Below are positions 6,879 to 16,617 of a stretch of 64,000 nucleotides of DNA, piece after piece. The position numbers were made by a program, and so were the translations under genes. Source of the stretch: a virus; IMG/VR virus record IMGVR_UViG_3300047546_001437, positions 1 through 64,000 of that record. One strand, written 5' to 3'. The notes beneath the pieces were generated by a model. That model worked only from the letters and a program-made list of their open reading frames with translations. It made no database searches and was not told where the DNA came from. Numbering within the stretch: the stretch's first letter is position 1; each line of letters starts with the position of its first letter.

Positions 6879-6990
6879 AAAATTATACACTAAACTTTCT
6901 ATTCTTGAGGCCTTTTTAACCAATTTTCTTTGTGATCTTAGTCTCTTTTTCTTGAGGAATGTCCGTTTTATACCTATATGATATACTTTT

Positions 6991-7050
6991 AATAAGCCAA
7001 TACTTGAGGTTGTTCCTTATACCCACCACTTTAAGTATTGGTCTTATTTT
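6991..7050 (+). ncRNA. candidate ~60-nt hairpin small RNA
   Basis: TGATATACT at 6979, ~20-bp stem (AATAAG-CCAATACTTGAGGT / ACTTTAAGTATTGGTCTTATT), T-run. Confidence 0.4.
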
Positions 7051-7068
7051 ATGGTATAATCATTGATT

Positions 7069-7452
7069 ATGGCACAATGCGGACCCGAAATCTTTGGAGC
7101 AGATCCAGTCAATATTAAATGGAATATTGTTAGAGGCGACACATCTCCGTTGCGTGTAGAATTTTACGAAAACGACGAAACAACATATTTTGATACAACT
7201 GGTTGGACATACGCTTCAACAACCTACGATGCAAAAGGCGACATTCTAGATGAACTAGAGGTTGATGCAGGAGATGGTTATGTAGAGATTATGGCATCTC
7301 CAGATATCACACAAAATTGGGGAAATGGCTATTCTTCAGTAGTATCAGAATTATTATTTGATCTTCAAGTAACCATTGACGGAGAAACTGTATGGACTCC
7401 CGTGATTGGTACCATAACAGTGCTTGGAGACGTCACAGGAGGTAGTTTGTAA
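7069..7452 (+). CDS. virion adaptor protein, BppU-N-like (xRGDT family)
   Basis: IVRGDT...FDLQV...G.ITV; paralogous to 9053 and 16213. Confidence 0.7.
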   Translation: MAQCGPEIFGADPVNIKWNIVRGDTSPLRVEFYENDETTYFDTTGWTYASTTYDAKGDILDELEVDAGDGYVEIMASPDITQNWGNGYSSVVSELLFDLQVTIDGETVWTPVIGTITVLGDVTGGSL

Positions 7453-8309
7453 TGCCAGTCATAAAGATAGTACCCTTCCCTGGTGTACCTGGCGCAAAAG
7501 GCGACACAGGGGCTACAGGAGCACAAGGACCAATTGGGCCAACTGGATTAACTGGGCCGATGGGACCACAAGGAGAGCCAGGGCCACAAGGTGAGCAAGG
7601 CCCACAGGGTGAACAGGGTTTACCAGGCGTTAATGGTGCAGACGCACTTTGGAATTTTGTTGGTGAATATAATAATGCAGCAGATTATAATATTGGCGAT
7701 GTTGTAACTTATGCTGGTGGAACATATTATAGGGTTCTTCCTTTAAATGCTGGATATCCACCAGGAACTGAATATTGGACAACTATTTCTGCACCTGGAT
7801 CACAAGGGCCTCAAGGCGAACCTGGTCCACAAGGAGAGCCAGGGGGATTAACTGGAGCAAAATTAGGTTCATTTTTTGATAATACAATTCAAACAGGTGG
7901 ATCAATTAAGCCTATAACTTTAAACTCTACAGATTTTTCAAACGGAGTAACCATTGTAGATGGATCAAGAATTACAATGGATACTTTGGGTATTTATAAT
8001 ATTGCATTTAGTTTGCAATTAGAAAAAACTGGAGGATCTTCAGCAGATATTTATATTTGGATGAGACACAACGATGTAGATGTTCCAGATACTGCAACAA
8101 TTATTCATATGGCCAACAATAATACTTATAATGTTGCTGCATGGAACTTCTTTGTAAACTGTGATGTTCTTCCTCAAGATTTTCAATTGATGTGGTATAC
8201 AGCAAGTACAAATGTATCTATTTCTGCCATTGCTGACGCTAGTACTCCAGTTGGAGTTCCATCAATTCCGTCGGTAATTGTTACAGTAAATAAAGTCGGA
8301 GATTTGTAA
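7452..8309 (+). CDS. collagen-repeat fibre protein
   Basis: Two Gly-X-Y runs; [14 protein letters not shown] carbohydrate-binding-like module. Confidence 0.85.
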   Translation: MPVIKIVPFPGVPGAKGDTGATGAQGPIGPTGLTGPMGPQGEPGPQGEQGPQGEQGLPGVNGADALWNFVGEYNNAADYNIGDVVTYAGGTYYRVLPLNAGYPPGTEYWTTISAPGSQGPQGEPGPQGEPGGLTGAKLGSFFDNTIQTGGSIKPITLNSTDFSNGVTIVDGSRITMDTLGIYNIAFSLQLEKTGGSSADIYIWMRHNDVDVPDTATIIHMANNNTYNVAAWNFFVNCDVLPQDFQLMWYTASTNVSISAIADASTPVGVPSIPSVIVTVNKVGDL

Positions 8310-8319
8310 AGATTAAGCC

Positions 8320-9036
8320 ATGGCAGTATCTAAATCCATGGACTTTCCACAAAGCAAAAGCAATTATGCTTCTCAAGTAGTTCAGTCTCAAAACACTGTC
8401 GCTGATCAATTTATAAACTATGTACCAGTTGCTGGACCTCAAGGGCCAACAGGACCAATGGGCCCACCAGGTCCAAAAGGGGATCGTGGAGATAAGGGTG
8501 AGCGTGGTGAAAAGGGAGAACGTGGAACACCAGGAAAGGATGGCGAAAGTTCTCTTTCTTCATCTGGACAGCAGGCTGGTTGGGCATGTTATTATAATAA
8601 AACTAAAAAAGACATTAAAACAGGTGCTACACAAGGTGAAGATGGATGGGTTAGTGTTTTTGTTGATGGCAAGGGTAGTGGAACAACAGAACTTTATATA
8701 CCAAAAAACTCAGTAGGGTTATGGAATTCTGAGTCTAGAACACTAAATTTTAGAGGTTTAAAAGAAGGTGCTCAGGTTTTTATAACGTATAACTTTGATA
8801 TAACTACATTTAATAATAATACAGAGGTTTGGATAAGAACCCTGCTTTCTGGGGCAGATAGAGATATTTCTCAGTTTGTAGCATCTTTAAAGTACCAGTA
8901 TGATTACAGCATAAATGTTACACAGAATTTCTTTATAGAAAATGAGAAGATGAGATTCAGTCCAGGCATACCACAAATAAGAACAGACTACGACGGTATA
9001 GTAAAAATGAATTCTATACACGTTGCTGTGCTATAA
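8320..9036 (+). CDS. collagen-repeat protein
   Basis: GPQGPTGPMGPPGPKGDRGDKGERG. Confidence 0.85.
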   Translation: MAVSKSMDFPQSKSNYASQVVQSQNTVADQFINYVPVAGPQGPTGPMGPPGPKGDRGDKGERGEKGERGTPGKDGESSLSSSGQQAGWACYYNKTKKDIKTGATQGEDGWVSVFVDGKGSGTTELYIPKNSVGLWNSESRTLNFRGLKEGAQVFITYNFDITTFNNNTEVWIRTLLSGADRDISQFVASLKYQYDYSINVTQNFFIENEKMRFSPGIPQIRTDYDGIVKMNSIHVAVL

Positions 9037-9052
9037 TTGAGCAGGAGGAACT

Positions 9053-9478
9053 ATGGCATTTCCAGGTACATTCGATATTAAATATTATAAGGGCGACACC
9101 TATCAGTTTAGGATTTATCCAAAAGATACTGCTGGTAATGCTTTTGATCTATCTGATTACAGATACTTATATGATCATGACTCTAATCCATCTACCCCAA
9201 ATATTCAGTTTGATACAGCAATCTTTGCTTTTGCCGAAACAAGAGGTGGAGATTCTGCTCCTGGATATCATAAGTGTTTGGCAAAAATTTCTGATAATGC
9301 ACAATATGTAACTTGTACAATTAGGCCTGGAGATGCAGCATATTTAGATCCAACAAAAACCTATGTTTACGATGTTCAGGTAAGAAAACCAGGTGCTGAT
9401 TTTGATACAGTATTAACCCTATTAACTGGAACAATAACTATTACAGATCAAGTAACAAGTTCGTTAGGAACCCCATAA
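9053..9478 (+). CDS. BppU-N-like adaptor protein
   Basis: YYKGDT...YVYDVQV...TLLTGTITI. Confidence 0.7.
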   Translation: MAFPGTFDIKYYKGDTYQFRIYPKDTAGNAFDLSDYRYLYDHDSNPSTPNIQFDTAIFAFAETRGGDSAPGYHKCLAKISDNAQYVTCTIRPGDAAYLDPTKTYVYDVQVRKPGADFDTVLTLLTGTITITDQVTSSLGTP

Positions 9479-9479
9479 T

Positions 9480-10067
9480 ATGGCAGAGGTTGTATTATCT
9501 ACAGACGACCTCTTAGTTCTTGGAGGACCAGAGACAGTAAATGTTGAAGTTGATTATGGTCCAAAAGGTGATCGTGGAAGTTTATTTTTTGCTGGTAATG
9601 GAGAGCCAGGTCCTTTAACATTACCATCTTCAGTAGAGACAAAGGTTTTTGATTTTTATTTAAATACACAGCAATCACATACTAATTTTGCAAGCATATA
9701 TCAATTGTTGACTATTCCTGGAACTGGAACACAATGGCAAAAAATAATGTCTCTATTGCCAAATGTATATGCTGTTAATAAAGAGTCAATGAGTTTTGTT
9801 AATGGATCAGTAGGTCCAATAGTTATTCCTCTGATTAATCTTATACCGTCCGATATGGTTGGATCTGTAACTGCAGAAAACTTTAATATTCAATATTCTA
9901 TTAGTGGAACTAATCCTATTGCATCTTCTTTATCTGTAGGCGCCATCGGCGGAGGAGTTGGGACAGAGTCTCTTCCAATTACAATTTATGCAAAAGAACT
10001 TGTTGGAGGGGAATGGGTAAGTCCTTCTGGTGCTAGAACAATACATTTATTCATTTCTATGGTATAA
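9480..10067 (+). CDS. putative virion protein
   Basis: ORF track; GPKGDRG; structural context. Confidence 0.75.
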   Translation: MAEVVLSTDDLLVLGGPETVNVEVDYGPKGDRGSLFFAGNGEPGPLTLPSSVETKVFDFYLNTQQSHTNFASIYQLLTIPGTGTQWQKIMSLLPNVYAVNKESMSFVNGSVGPIVIPLINLIPSDMVGSVTAENFNIQYSISGTNPIASSLSVGAIGGGVGTESLPITIYAKELVGGEWVSPSGARTIHLFISMV

Positions 10068-10086
10068 TCGAAGATGGTGACCCATA

Positions 10087-11382
10087 ATGGCTGAAGACAT
10101 TGGTAATATTTACAAGACGAAGATCCCATCTTATGCTGAGGCAGCAGATATACAAGCAGCCCTAAAATTATTTCATTATGGAACAACAACAGTACCAACC
10201 ACAGAGGGTGAAATTCTTGCAGATTCTTTGGCTGGACATTTAAAAGCATTAGATACCAGACTTGACACAATAGAATCAGATCCAGCACGTTCAGACTTCC
10301 TGACTCAGGCTGAAATGGCAGTATCTTTTCCTACAAGAGTTAATGGATATATTTCAATGGATCCAAACTCAAATGGCGGATCTGTCGAAGAACTTTATGC
10401 ATCAGCAATTTATTCTAATGAACCACCAACAGTTGGATTGGTCAATGGTTTAATTTGGGTAGATAAAGATTCTCCTGCATTAGATACATATGTTTATGAC
10501 TCTACATCAACACCGTCTCCTTGGGTACGAATTAATGATATTAAAAAAATTGTTCAGTCTAAGGGAGACTTGTTGGTAGGAAGCACAAGCGCAGATGTTG
10601 ACAATCTGTCAGTTGGTGCTAATGGAACAGTTCTTACTGCAGATGACACACAAACACTTGGAGTTAAATGGCAAGCGGTATCAACATATTCGCAACCAAC
10701 TCTTGGATCAACAGCAATTCCTTCTGGATCAACAATAAGTAATGTTAATGGTTTAACAATTAACTCTACTACTATTCCAACATCTAAAACTTTAGTTGCT
10801 ACAGATTCTTATGCATACGTTATTCCATCTATGTCTGGTAACTCAGGAAAGTATTTGACAAATAATGGAGATACACCTTCATGGGCAACCCTTCCAACAT
10901 CTGGGGGAATGACATTATTGGCAAGCGGAACATTAACTGGTGCTAGTATTTCTATTGATTCGATTAGTGGGTCGTATCAAGATTTGCGATTGATTGTTCG
11001 TAACTTTAGACCTGCTACAGACGGCGCAGCGCTTAATGGAAGGGTAAATAACGATTCTTCTGCTATCTATGGTAATAGGACTGGAGTTGCTGAATCAGAT
11101 AACAGTTTTAGCAATACATCTTGGAATAATTTAAGTTATAATCAAGATAATGGATCAAGCACAAGTTTAATACGTTTAACATTTATTGATTATGCTAATA
11201 CTACAACATTAAAGGTTGCAGAACTTTATTCAGTAACAAATAATGAAACAACACCAACAAATATAAACTATACAACAGGTATTGCAATTGCCAGAACTAC
11301 AAGCGCTATTTCTTCAATACAACTATTTCCTAGTAGCGGTAATTTTACTTCTGGTAATTATTACCTTTATGGAGTCAAATAA
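10087..11382 (+). CDS. tail fibre-like protein
   Basis: KGDLLVG/VGANGTVLTAD and SGNSGKYLT fibre motifs; beta-rich C-terminus. Confidence 0.75.
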   Translation: MAEDIGNIYKTKIPSYAEAADIQAALKLFHYGTTTVPTTEGEILADSLAGHLKALDTRLDTIESDPARSDFLTQAEMAVSFPTRVNGYISMDPNSNGGSVEELYASAIYSNEPPTVGLVNGLIWVDKDSPALDTYVYDSTSTPSPWVRINDIKKIVQSKGDLLVGSTSADVDNLSVGANGTVLTADDTQTLGVKWQAVSTYSQPTLGSTAIPSGSTISNVNGLTINSTTIPTSKTLVATDSYAYVIPSMSGNSGKYLTNNGDTPSWATLPTSGGMTLLASGTLTGASISIDSISGSYQDLRLIVRNFRPATDGAALNGRVNNDSSAIYGNRTGVAESDNSFSNTSWNNLSYNQDNGSSTSLIRLTFIDYANTTTLKVAELYSVTNNETTPTNINYTTGIAIARTTSAISSIQLFPSSGNFTSGNYYLYGVK

Positions 11383-13619
11383 TGTCAACAGTTAGTTCAT
11401 CAAGCAAAGTAGCATACATGTATGACGCAGCGTCAGATACTTGGTATGCAGTTGCTGGTGTTGCTAACACAAATGTCCCATACTCTTGGACTCAAACACA
11501 TACATTTGGTTCTGTAGTTACAGCAAATGATGTTATTCGTGCTAAGGCTGGTGTAAATAGATTCCAAAATCCTGCTGCTAGAGATGCAGTTATAACATCT
11601 CCACAAGAAGGAACTGTATGCTATGTTGAACAAACAAATGGCGGAACAGATATTAAAGAGATTCAATGTTATGTAAATGGAAGTTGGAGAGGACTAACCA
11701 ATACCGCTTTATTTGTTGAAAAAGTTTCAAATCATACACTAAATATATCTGATCCAGGGAAAACAGTATTAATGAATTCAGGAACAAGTGTTAATGTTAC
11801 AGTTCCTTCAAATACTGATGTTCAATTTGCTATAGGACACACGATTAAAGTAGTTGCTATGGGTGCTGGTACTGTAAATTTTGTTGAAGGTTCTGGAGTA
11901 ACAATATTAAGTAAAAACTCTAGTAAAACAATTGCCTATAGATACGGAGAAGCAGAATTAAAGAAAACTGGAACAAACACTTGGCTACTTACTGGAGATT
12001 TAATTACTGGTGGAGGATTACTTTCTACTTTTAGTGTTACTTATGATTGTGATGGTGGAAGCAACTGTCCAGCAAACTCAAGTCACGCAAGCCCATATAC
12101 AATACCATCAACTATTCCTGTAAAATCTGGATACCAGTTCCTTGGTTATGAAGTATCAGCAGCACCTGGAGCACTTTGTGTATTCCCATCAGTAGTTCCA
12201 AATGCACAGCCAGGACATACTATTAATTGTGAGTCTAACCTAACCATTAAGGCAGTCTGGACACCATTACATACAGACCCACCATCAACTACCCAGGCAA
12301 CTACCCAGGCAACTACCCAGGCAACTACCCAGGCAACTACCCAGGCAACTACCCAGGCAACTACCCAGGCAACTACCCAGGCAACTACCCAGGGTACAAC
12401 AGAAGGAACTACACAGGGTACTACTCAAGGCACTACTGCATCAACAACCACCACTAGCGGTGGAGGACAGGTAGTTTGTGGCGACTGTGAGGCATATACT
12501 GTTGAACAGCCTACCTGTAATGGAGAAGATGTTTATGTTGGTATTTATACTGGAACAAGAAAACTATGTTCTGATGGATCATATCAGATTTGTACACAGC
12601 CAACACTTACTTCGTGGGGAGCATGCGTTGCAACAAATGTAAGTTCTTGTGGCGGTTCTGGTGGATCTGGATCTCCATGCATAGCAACAACAACCACAAC
12701 TGCTGGTCCGTACAACCCACCTACTGAGGCAACAACAACCACAACTGCTGGTCCGTACAACCCACCTACTGAGGCAACAACAACCACAACTAGTGGATAT
12801 GGGGCACCAACAAGTGCAACCACCACAACAACACAAAATTGTACGCCAGTTCAAACTACTAATGAAGTAAGAGTATGTAATGGAACTCCAACATCTGTTG
12901 TAATGTATGTAAACCCATGTACAGGTGCTGAATCGTGGACATGTCCAGAAACCACAACCACAACTGCGGCTCCTTACAACCCACCTGCTCAAGTAACTAC
13001 AACTACAACAGCAGCACCAGTAGCAACTACAACTACAACAGCAGCACCGACAATTACAACAACACAAAATTGTACGCCAGTTGCAACAAATAATGAGGTT
13101 AGAACCTGTAATGGTGTACCAACAAGTGTTGTAATTTATGTAAACCCATGTACAGGTGCAGAATCATGGAATTGTCCACCTGCTGCAACTACAACTGCTG
13201 CACCAGCAGTAACTACAACTGCTGCACCATATAATCCACCTGTTCAAGCAACAACAACTGCTGCACCAACAGTAACTACAACTGCTGCTTCAACTGTAAC
13301 TACAACAGCAGCATCAGGTGGCGGTGGATGTGTAAGTTATGCTGATTTTGCTTGTGGATGGGATTGGAGCGGTCAATATGACTGTGCTGGTAACTGTGTA
13401 GGAGTTAATCCACAACCTACAACAACAGAAGCATCATCTGGCTCAGGAGGCACTGGCTCAGGAGGCACTGGCTCAGGAGGCACTGGATCAGGAGGCACTG
13501 GCTCAGGCGGATCCAATACAACTGAGGCTACACAAGGTACAACTGCAGCAGATCCATGTTCACAATGCTCATCATGTGAATATTGCTATGCTGGGGCATG
13601 CTGGAGTGATGGCTGTTAG
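11382..13619 (+). CDS. fibre-associated mucin-like protein (Thr-rich repeats, Cys-rich modules)
   Basis: Fibre-tip-like N-terminal domain; (TTQA)8, ATTTTT-PYNPP repeats, duplicated QNCTPV...CNG...NPCTGAESWxC module, (GSGGT)4. Confidence 0.85.
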   Translation: MSTVSSSSKVAYMYDAASDTWYAVAGVANTNVPYSWTQTHTFGSVVTANDVIRAKAGVNRFQNPAARDAVITSPQEGTVCYVEQTNGGTDIKEIQCYVNGSWRGLTNTALFVEKVSNHTLNISDPGKTVLMNSGTSVNVTVPSNTDVQFAIGHTIKVVAMGAGTVNFVEGSGVTILSKNSSKTIAYRYGEAELKKTGTNTWLLTGDLITGGGLLSTFSVTYDCDGGSNCPANSSHASPYTIPSTIPVKSGYQFLGYEVSAAPGALCVFPSVVPNAQPGHTINCESNLTIKAVWTPLHTDPPSTTQATTQATTQATTQATTQATTQATTQATTQATTQGTTEGTTQGTTQGTTASTTTTSGGGQVVCGDCEAYTVEQPTCNGEDVYVGIYTGTRKLCSDGSYQICTQPTLTSWGACVATNVSSCGGSGGSGSPCIATTTTTAGPYNPPTEATTTTTAGPYNPPTEATTTTTSGYGAPTSATTTTTQNCTPVQTTNEVRVCNGTPTSVVMYVNPCTGAESWTCPETTTTTAAPYNPPAQVTTTTTAAPVATTTTTAAPTITTTQNCTPVATNNEVRTCNGVPTSVVIYVNPCTGAESWNCPPAATTTAAPAVTTTAAPYNPPVQATTTAAPTVTTTAASTVTTTAASGGGGCVSYADFACGWDWSGQYDCAGNCVGVNPQPTTTEASSGSGGTGSGGTGSGGTGSGGTGSGGSNTTEATQGTTAADPCSQCSSCEYCYAGACWSDGC
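12288..12395 (+). repeat. perfect 12-bp tandem repeat ACTACCCAGGCA x8 plus one variant
   Basis: Direct reading; encodes TTQA. Confidence 0.95.
13439..13510 (+). repeat. 15-bp tandem repeat encoding GSGGT
   Basis: TGGCTCAGGAGGCAC about x4. Confidence 0.9.
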
Positions 13620-13652
13620 TTGATATGATATACTTTATAAAAAGGAGAAAAA

Positions 13653-13859
13653 ATGTCTAAATTTAAATTTGCTATTGTTGTAGGAAATGATGTGGCTGGA
13701 ACTGTTGCTTTACAACAGGGCATAGATAGTACATTGGATGCTATTATTGCTGCCTATCAATCAGATCCAAAAATTATTCCAATCACAGATGATAATATTA
13801 ATTTTGGATGGACTTACGACGGCACTAACTTTTTCCCACCACTACCACCACAAGGATAA
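13653..13859 (+). CDS. small fibre-associated protein (GWTYDG motif)
   Basis: ORF track; AGGAG SD. Confidence 0.7.
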   Translation: MSKFKFAIVVGNDVAGTVALQQGIDSTLDAIIAAYQSDPKIIPITDDNINFGWTYDGTNFFPPLPPQG

Positions 13860-13862
13860 TAA

Positions 13863-14099
13863 ATGTCAGAGTTGTCTGCTTGGCAAAAATACAAGCAAAA
13901 TCTTGGCGAAACTCGTCCATGGGATTTGCTAAATCCAAATACACAATACGTTTCTGAGTATGAAAGTGACAAAAGATTTTCTATTTGTCAGGGGTGTCCA
14001 GAATTAATTGCACTTACAACTCAGTGCAAAAAATGTGGATGCATTATGAAATTAAAAACAAAACTAGAAAAGGCAACATGTCCATTAGGAAAATGGTAG
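13863..14099 (+). CDS. Cys-rich small protein (CKKCGC...CPLGKW)
   Basis: Paralog of 5987-6187. Confidence 0.8.
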   Translation: MSELSAWQKYKQNLGETRPWDLLNPNTQYVSEYESDKRFSICQGCPELIALTTQCKKCGCIMKLKTKLEKATCPLGKW

Positions 14100-14114
14100 A
14101 TATAATCAATAATT

Positions 14115-14996
14115 ATGGACAAAATATTTGTATCTATTGCATCTTATAGAGATCAAGAATTACTAGATACTGTTTTTTCTATTTTAAAACAAGCAAAAAA
14201 TCCAGAAAGACTATTTTTATCAATATTTTCTCAGGATGACAATCACCCAAATTTAGAACACTTGTTTGAGTTGTTTAACGTGAAACATTATGTTTATAAA
14301 AAAATACATTATAGCGATGCTCGTGGTGTTGGTTATGCTAGAGCAGAAACCCAAAAACCTTTAAATAATTCTTATAAATATTATTTACAAGTAGACAGTC
14401 ATACACAGTTTATTGAACACTGGGATGAAAAAATCGTAGATCATTACGAAAAGGCTATAGGGTATTGGGGAGACCTGATCTTTACAGCCTATCCAGGCAC
14501 CTATGAGTACACAGAAACAGGCAACCTAAAGTTTGCTACCGTTCTTGTTCCAACATGCCTTAGAATCCAACCTGCGACTGAAAACAGCCCAATCAGGTTT
14601 GAACCAAAATATAAGGACTATGTTGGCGGAGACATAGGTGAGTTTCATGGATATTTTTGTGCTGGTTTGGCTTTTGGATACTCTGAACATTTTTTAAAAG
14701 TTCCGTATGATGATCAAATTTATTTCAATGGAGAAGAGCAAACACTAGCAATAAGATTTTATTGTAATGACATTAAATTGGTTGCTCCACCATACAATTA
14801 TTGTTTTCATCATTATACTGGTAAAAAACGCATAAGACATTGGGAGCAAAGTGAAACCTGGAAAAAATATGATGAAATTGGTACAAAAAGATTAAATGAT
14901 TTTTACGAATATAAACTAGATGCCACATACGGTATTTCCAATAAAGAAAAGTACCATATGTGGCAATCTTGTTTTGTAACTCCTAGAGTTACTTAG
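14115..14996 (+). CDS. GT60 / Gnt1-like polypeptide GlcNAc transferase
   Basis: IFVSIASYRD, YYLQVDSH..F...WD, FCAGLAFG, VPYD..IYFNGEE motifs. Confidence 0.8.
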   Translation: MDKIFVSIASYRDQELLDTVFSILKQAKNPERLFLSIFSQDDNHPNLEHLFELFNVKHYVYKKIHYSDARGVGYARAETQKPLNNSYKYYLQVDSHTQFIEHWDEKIVDHYEKAIGYWGDLIFTAYPGTYEYTETGNLKFATVLVPTCLRIQPATENSPIRFEPKYKDYVGGDIGEFHGYFCAGLAFGYSEHFLKVPYDDQIYFNGEEQTLAIRFYCNDIKLVAPPYNYCFHHYTGKKRIRHWEQSETWKKYDEIGTKRLNDFYEYKLDATYGISNKEKYHMWQSCFVTPRVT

Positions 14997-15549
14997 GGAA
15001 TTTTTCCATCCACTGTTTTGTTCTTTGGGTTAGACCCTTCCAAGAACTCCAGTCCTGTCCTCCATTGGACATATGATATGCAATTTCTGCATTTATTACT
15101 GGATTAAATAAGTCTGCATTATGGTCTAACTCAAATTTGTCACGACGATCTAGACCAAGAACACCAAGCATATTAATCTGAAAGATACCATACGAACTGT
15201 CACCAGTTGAGATATTTCCGTTAAATGCTAGTGGACGACCATTACTTTCTTTTTTAGCAACAGCCCATGCCTCCTTTAGATTTTGACCTTCAAAGCCCAC
15301 TAACTTCAGTAGATTTTTTAGGTCTTTGTCAGATAGAGATGTAGCGTTTTGATATTTTTCTAACTGATCTTCTTTAGCCTTAGAAACGACTTTGGCCACT
15401 TCCGTGGCCTCTATTGTTTCTGTCAGCACGACACTAGTGCCGTCTAATCGGTTTTCAGAAGCATTAGCAGCGTTTGACCAAACGGCAAACATTGCCAATA
15501 TGCTGAGTGTACCAATGATTTGCCTGTTATTATTCATAAAGTTAATCAT
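14989..15549 (-). CDS. secreted lysozyme-like / SLT transglycosylase
   Basis: Signal peptide; catalytic KKES, SYGIFQIN, NP..NA, WSSW; AGGAGG SD before ATG 15549; TTGACA/TATACT promoter. Confidence 0.85.
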   Translation of the reverse strand: MINFMNNNRQIIGTLSILAMFAVWSNAANASENRLDGTSVVLTETIEATEVAKVVSKAKEDQLEKYQNATSLSDKDLKNLLKLVGFEGQNLKEAWAVAKKESNGRPLAFNGNISTGDSSYGIFQINMLGVLGLDRRDKFELDHNADLFNPVINAEIAYHMSNGGQDWSSWKGLTQRTKQWMEKFPK

Positions 15550-15661
15550 AGTTTCCTCCTTAGAAACGAATGACACCTTTTTAGGGGTGCCATGTTACTT
15601 CTTAGTATAACATAAATTTATTCTTATTGTCAAATACCTAAAAGTGGTATAATAAAACCAT

Positions 15662-16192
15662 ATGGCAACAGGAAATACAAATGATGGGGTATTTAATTTA
15701 CCCTTTCCAATAGCAGAAGATCCAGTAAATGTACACGGAGATATTGAGCAGTTAGCAGATAGATTACGTGTTGTTTTACCACCGCTTGGCATTTCTGCTT
15801 TTCAGATGAATGTTAAAAATGTGAGCGGTATCACATTAGAGGCAAGAACTCCCGTATATGTAACAACCTCAGTTAATGGTGTTACACATGTCACAAAAGC
15901 AACATCATCAACAACTCAACCTATTCTTGGATTATTAAAAGAGACATTAGATAATAATGAAGAAGGTTTGGTAATTGTTGCTGGTGTTTTAGATAATATT
16001 AATACAAGTGATTTATCTCCAGCAGGTGCTGTTGTTTATGTTGGTACAACTGGAGGATTAACAACTACTAGACCATCAACAGGTTCTGGGGCAGTTGGAA
16101 TTGTTGCAAATGTATCTCCAACAGCAGGAATTATAATTGTTGAGGCTAAAGGCAACGGTACCTGGGGAGCACTCAGAGACGGTTTAGCCTAA
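15662..16192 (+). CDS. putative virion protein
   Basis: ORF track; beta-rich; extended -10 upstream. Confidence 0.75.
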   Translation: MATGNTNDGVFNLPFPIAEDPVNVHGDIEQLADRLRVVLPPLGISAFQMNVKNVSGITLEARTPVYVTTSVNGVTHVTKATSSTTQPILGLLKETLDNNEEGLVIVAGVLDNINTSDLSPAGAVVYVGTTGGLTTTRPSTGSGAVGIVANVSPTAGIIIVEAKGNGTWGALRDGLA

Positions 16193-16212
16193 TTGTGGTA
16201 TAATCTAATATT

Positions 16213-16617
16213 ATGGCAACACTGCGTGGATCTGCTTCTTATTACGATGTAGGAAATAAACCTCCAACAGTTTCTTGGACGGTTGTGCGTGGTGATACAG
16301 CATCATTTAGAGTCTATGTAACAGATGACGAAAAACAACCCTTAAACATTCCTGACTGGACTATCGATATGAAAATTAAACGTCCAAACAATTCATCAGA
16401 TCTTGGGGTAATTACAGATAATGCAACATTAATACTATCATTAAATCCAGCAGCAGATGCAGATGACCTACCAGGCGAATTTACAGTGTCTTTATTATCA
16501 TCAGAATCACAAATACTTGAAACAGGAGATATCTTTGATATACAGTTGTCAAACGCAGCATATGTTTGGACAGTGGCTCAGGGTAAGATGACGATTCTTG
16601 AAGATGTAACAGATTAA
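16213..16617 (+). CDS. BppU-N-like adaptor protein
   Basis: VVRGDT...FDIQL...WTVAQG. Confidence 0.7.
   Translation: MATLRGSASYYDVGNKPPTVSWTVVRGDTASFRVYVTDDEKQPLNIPDWTIDMKIKRPNNSSDLGVITDNATLILSLNPAADADDLPGEFTVSLLSSESQILETGDIFDIQLSNAAYVWTVAQGKMTILEDVTD

Noticed and set aside
12288-12395. Tandem repeats as a possible CRISPR array
   Set aside because: 12-bp units with no spacers, in frame within a CDS; no cas genes
12579-13067. Cys-rich antisense ORFs (also the antisense/alternate-frame ORFs at 17445-18632, 21988-22513, 35035-35637, 36341-37184, 43072-46899)
   Set aside because: Shadows of repetitive or codon-biased genuine genes; no SD or promoter
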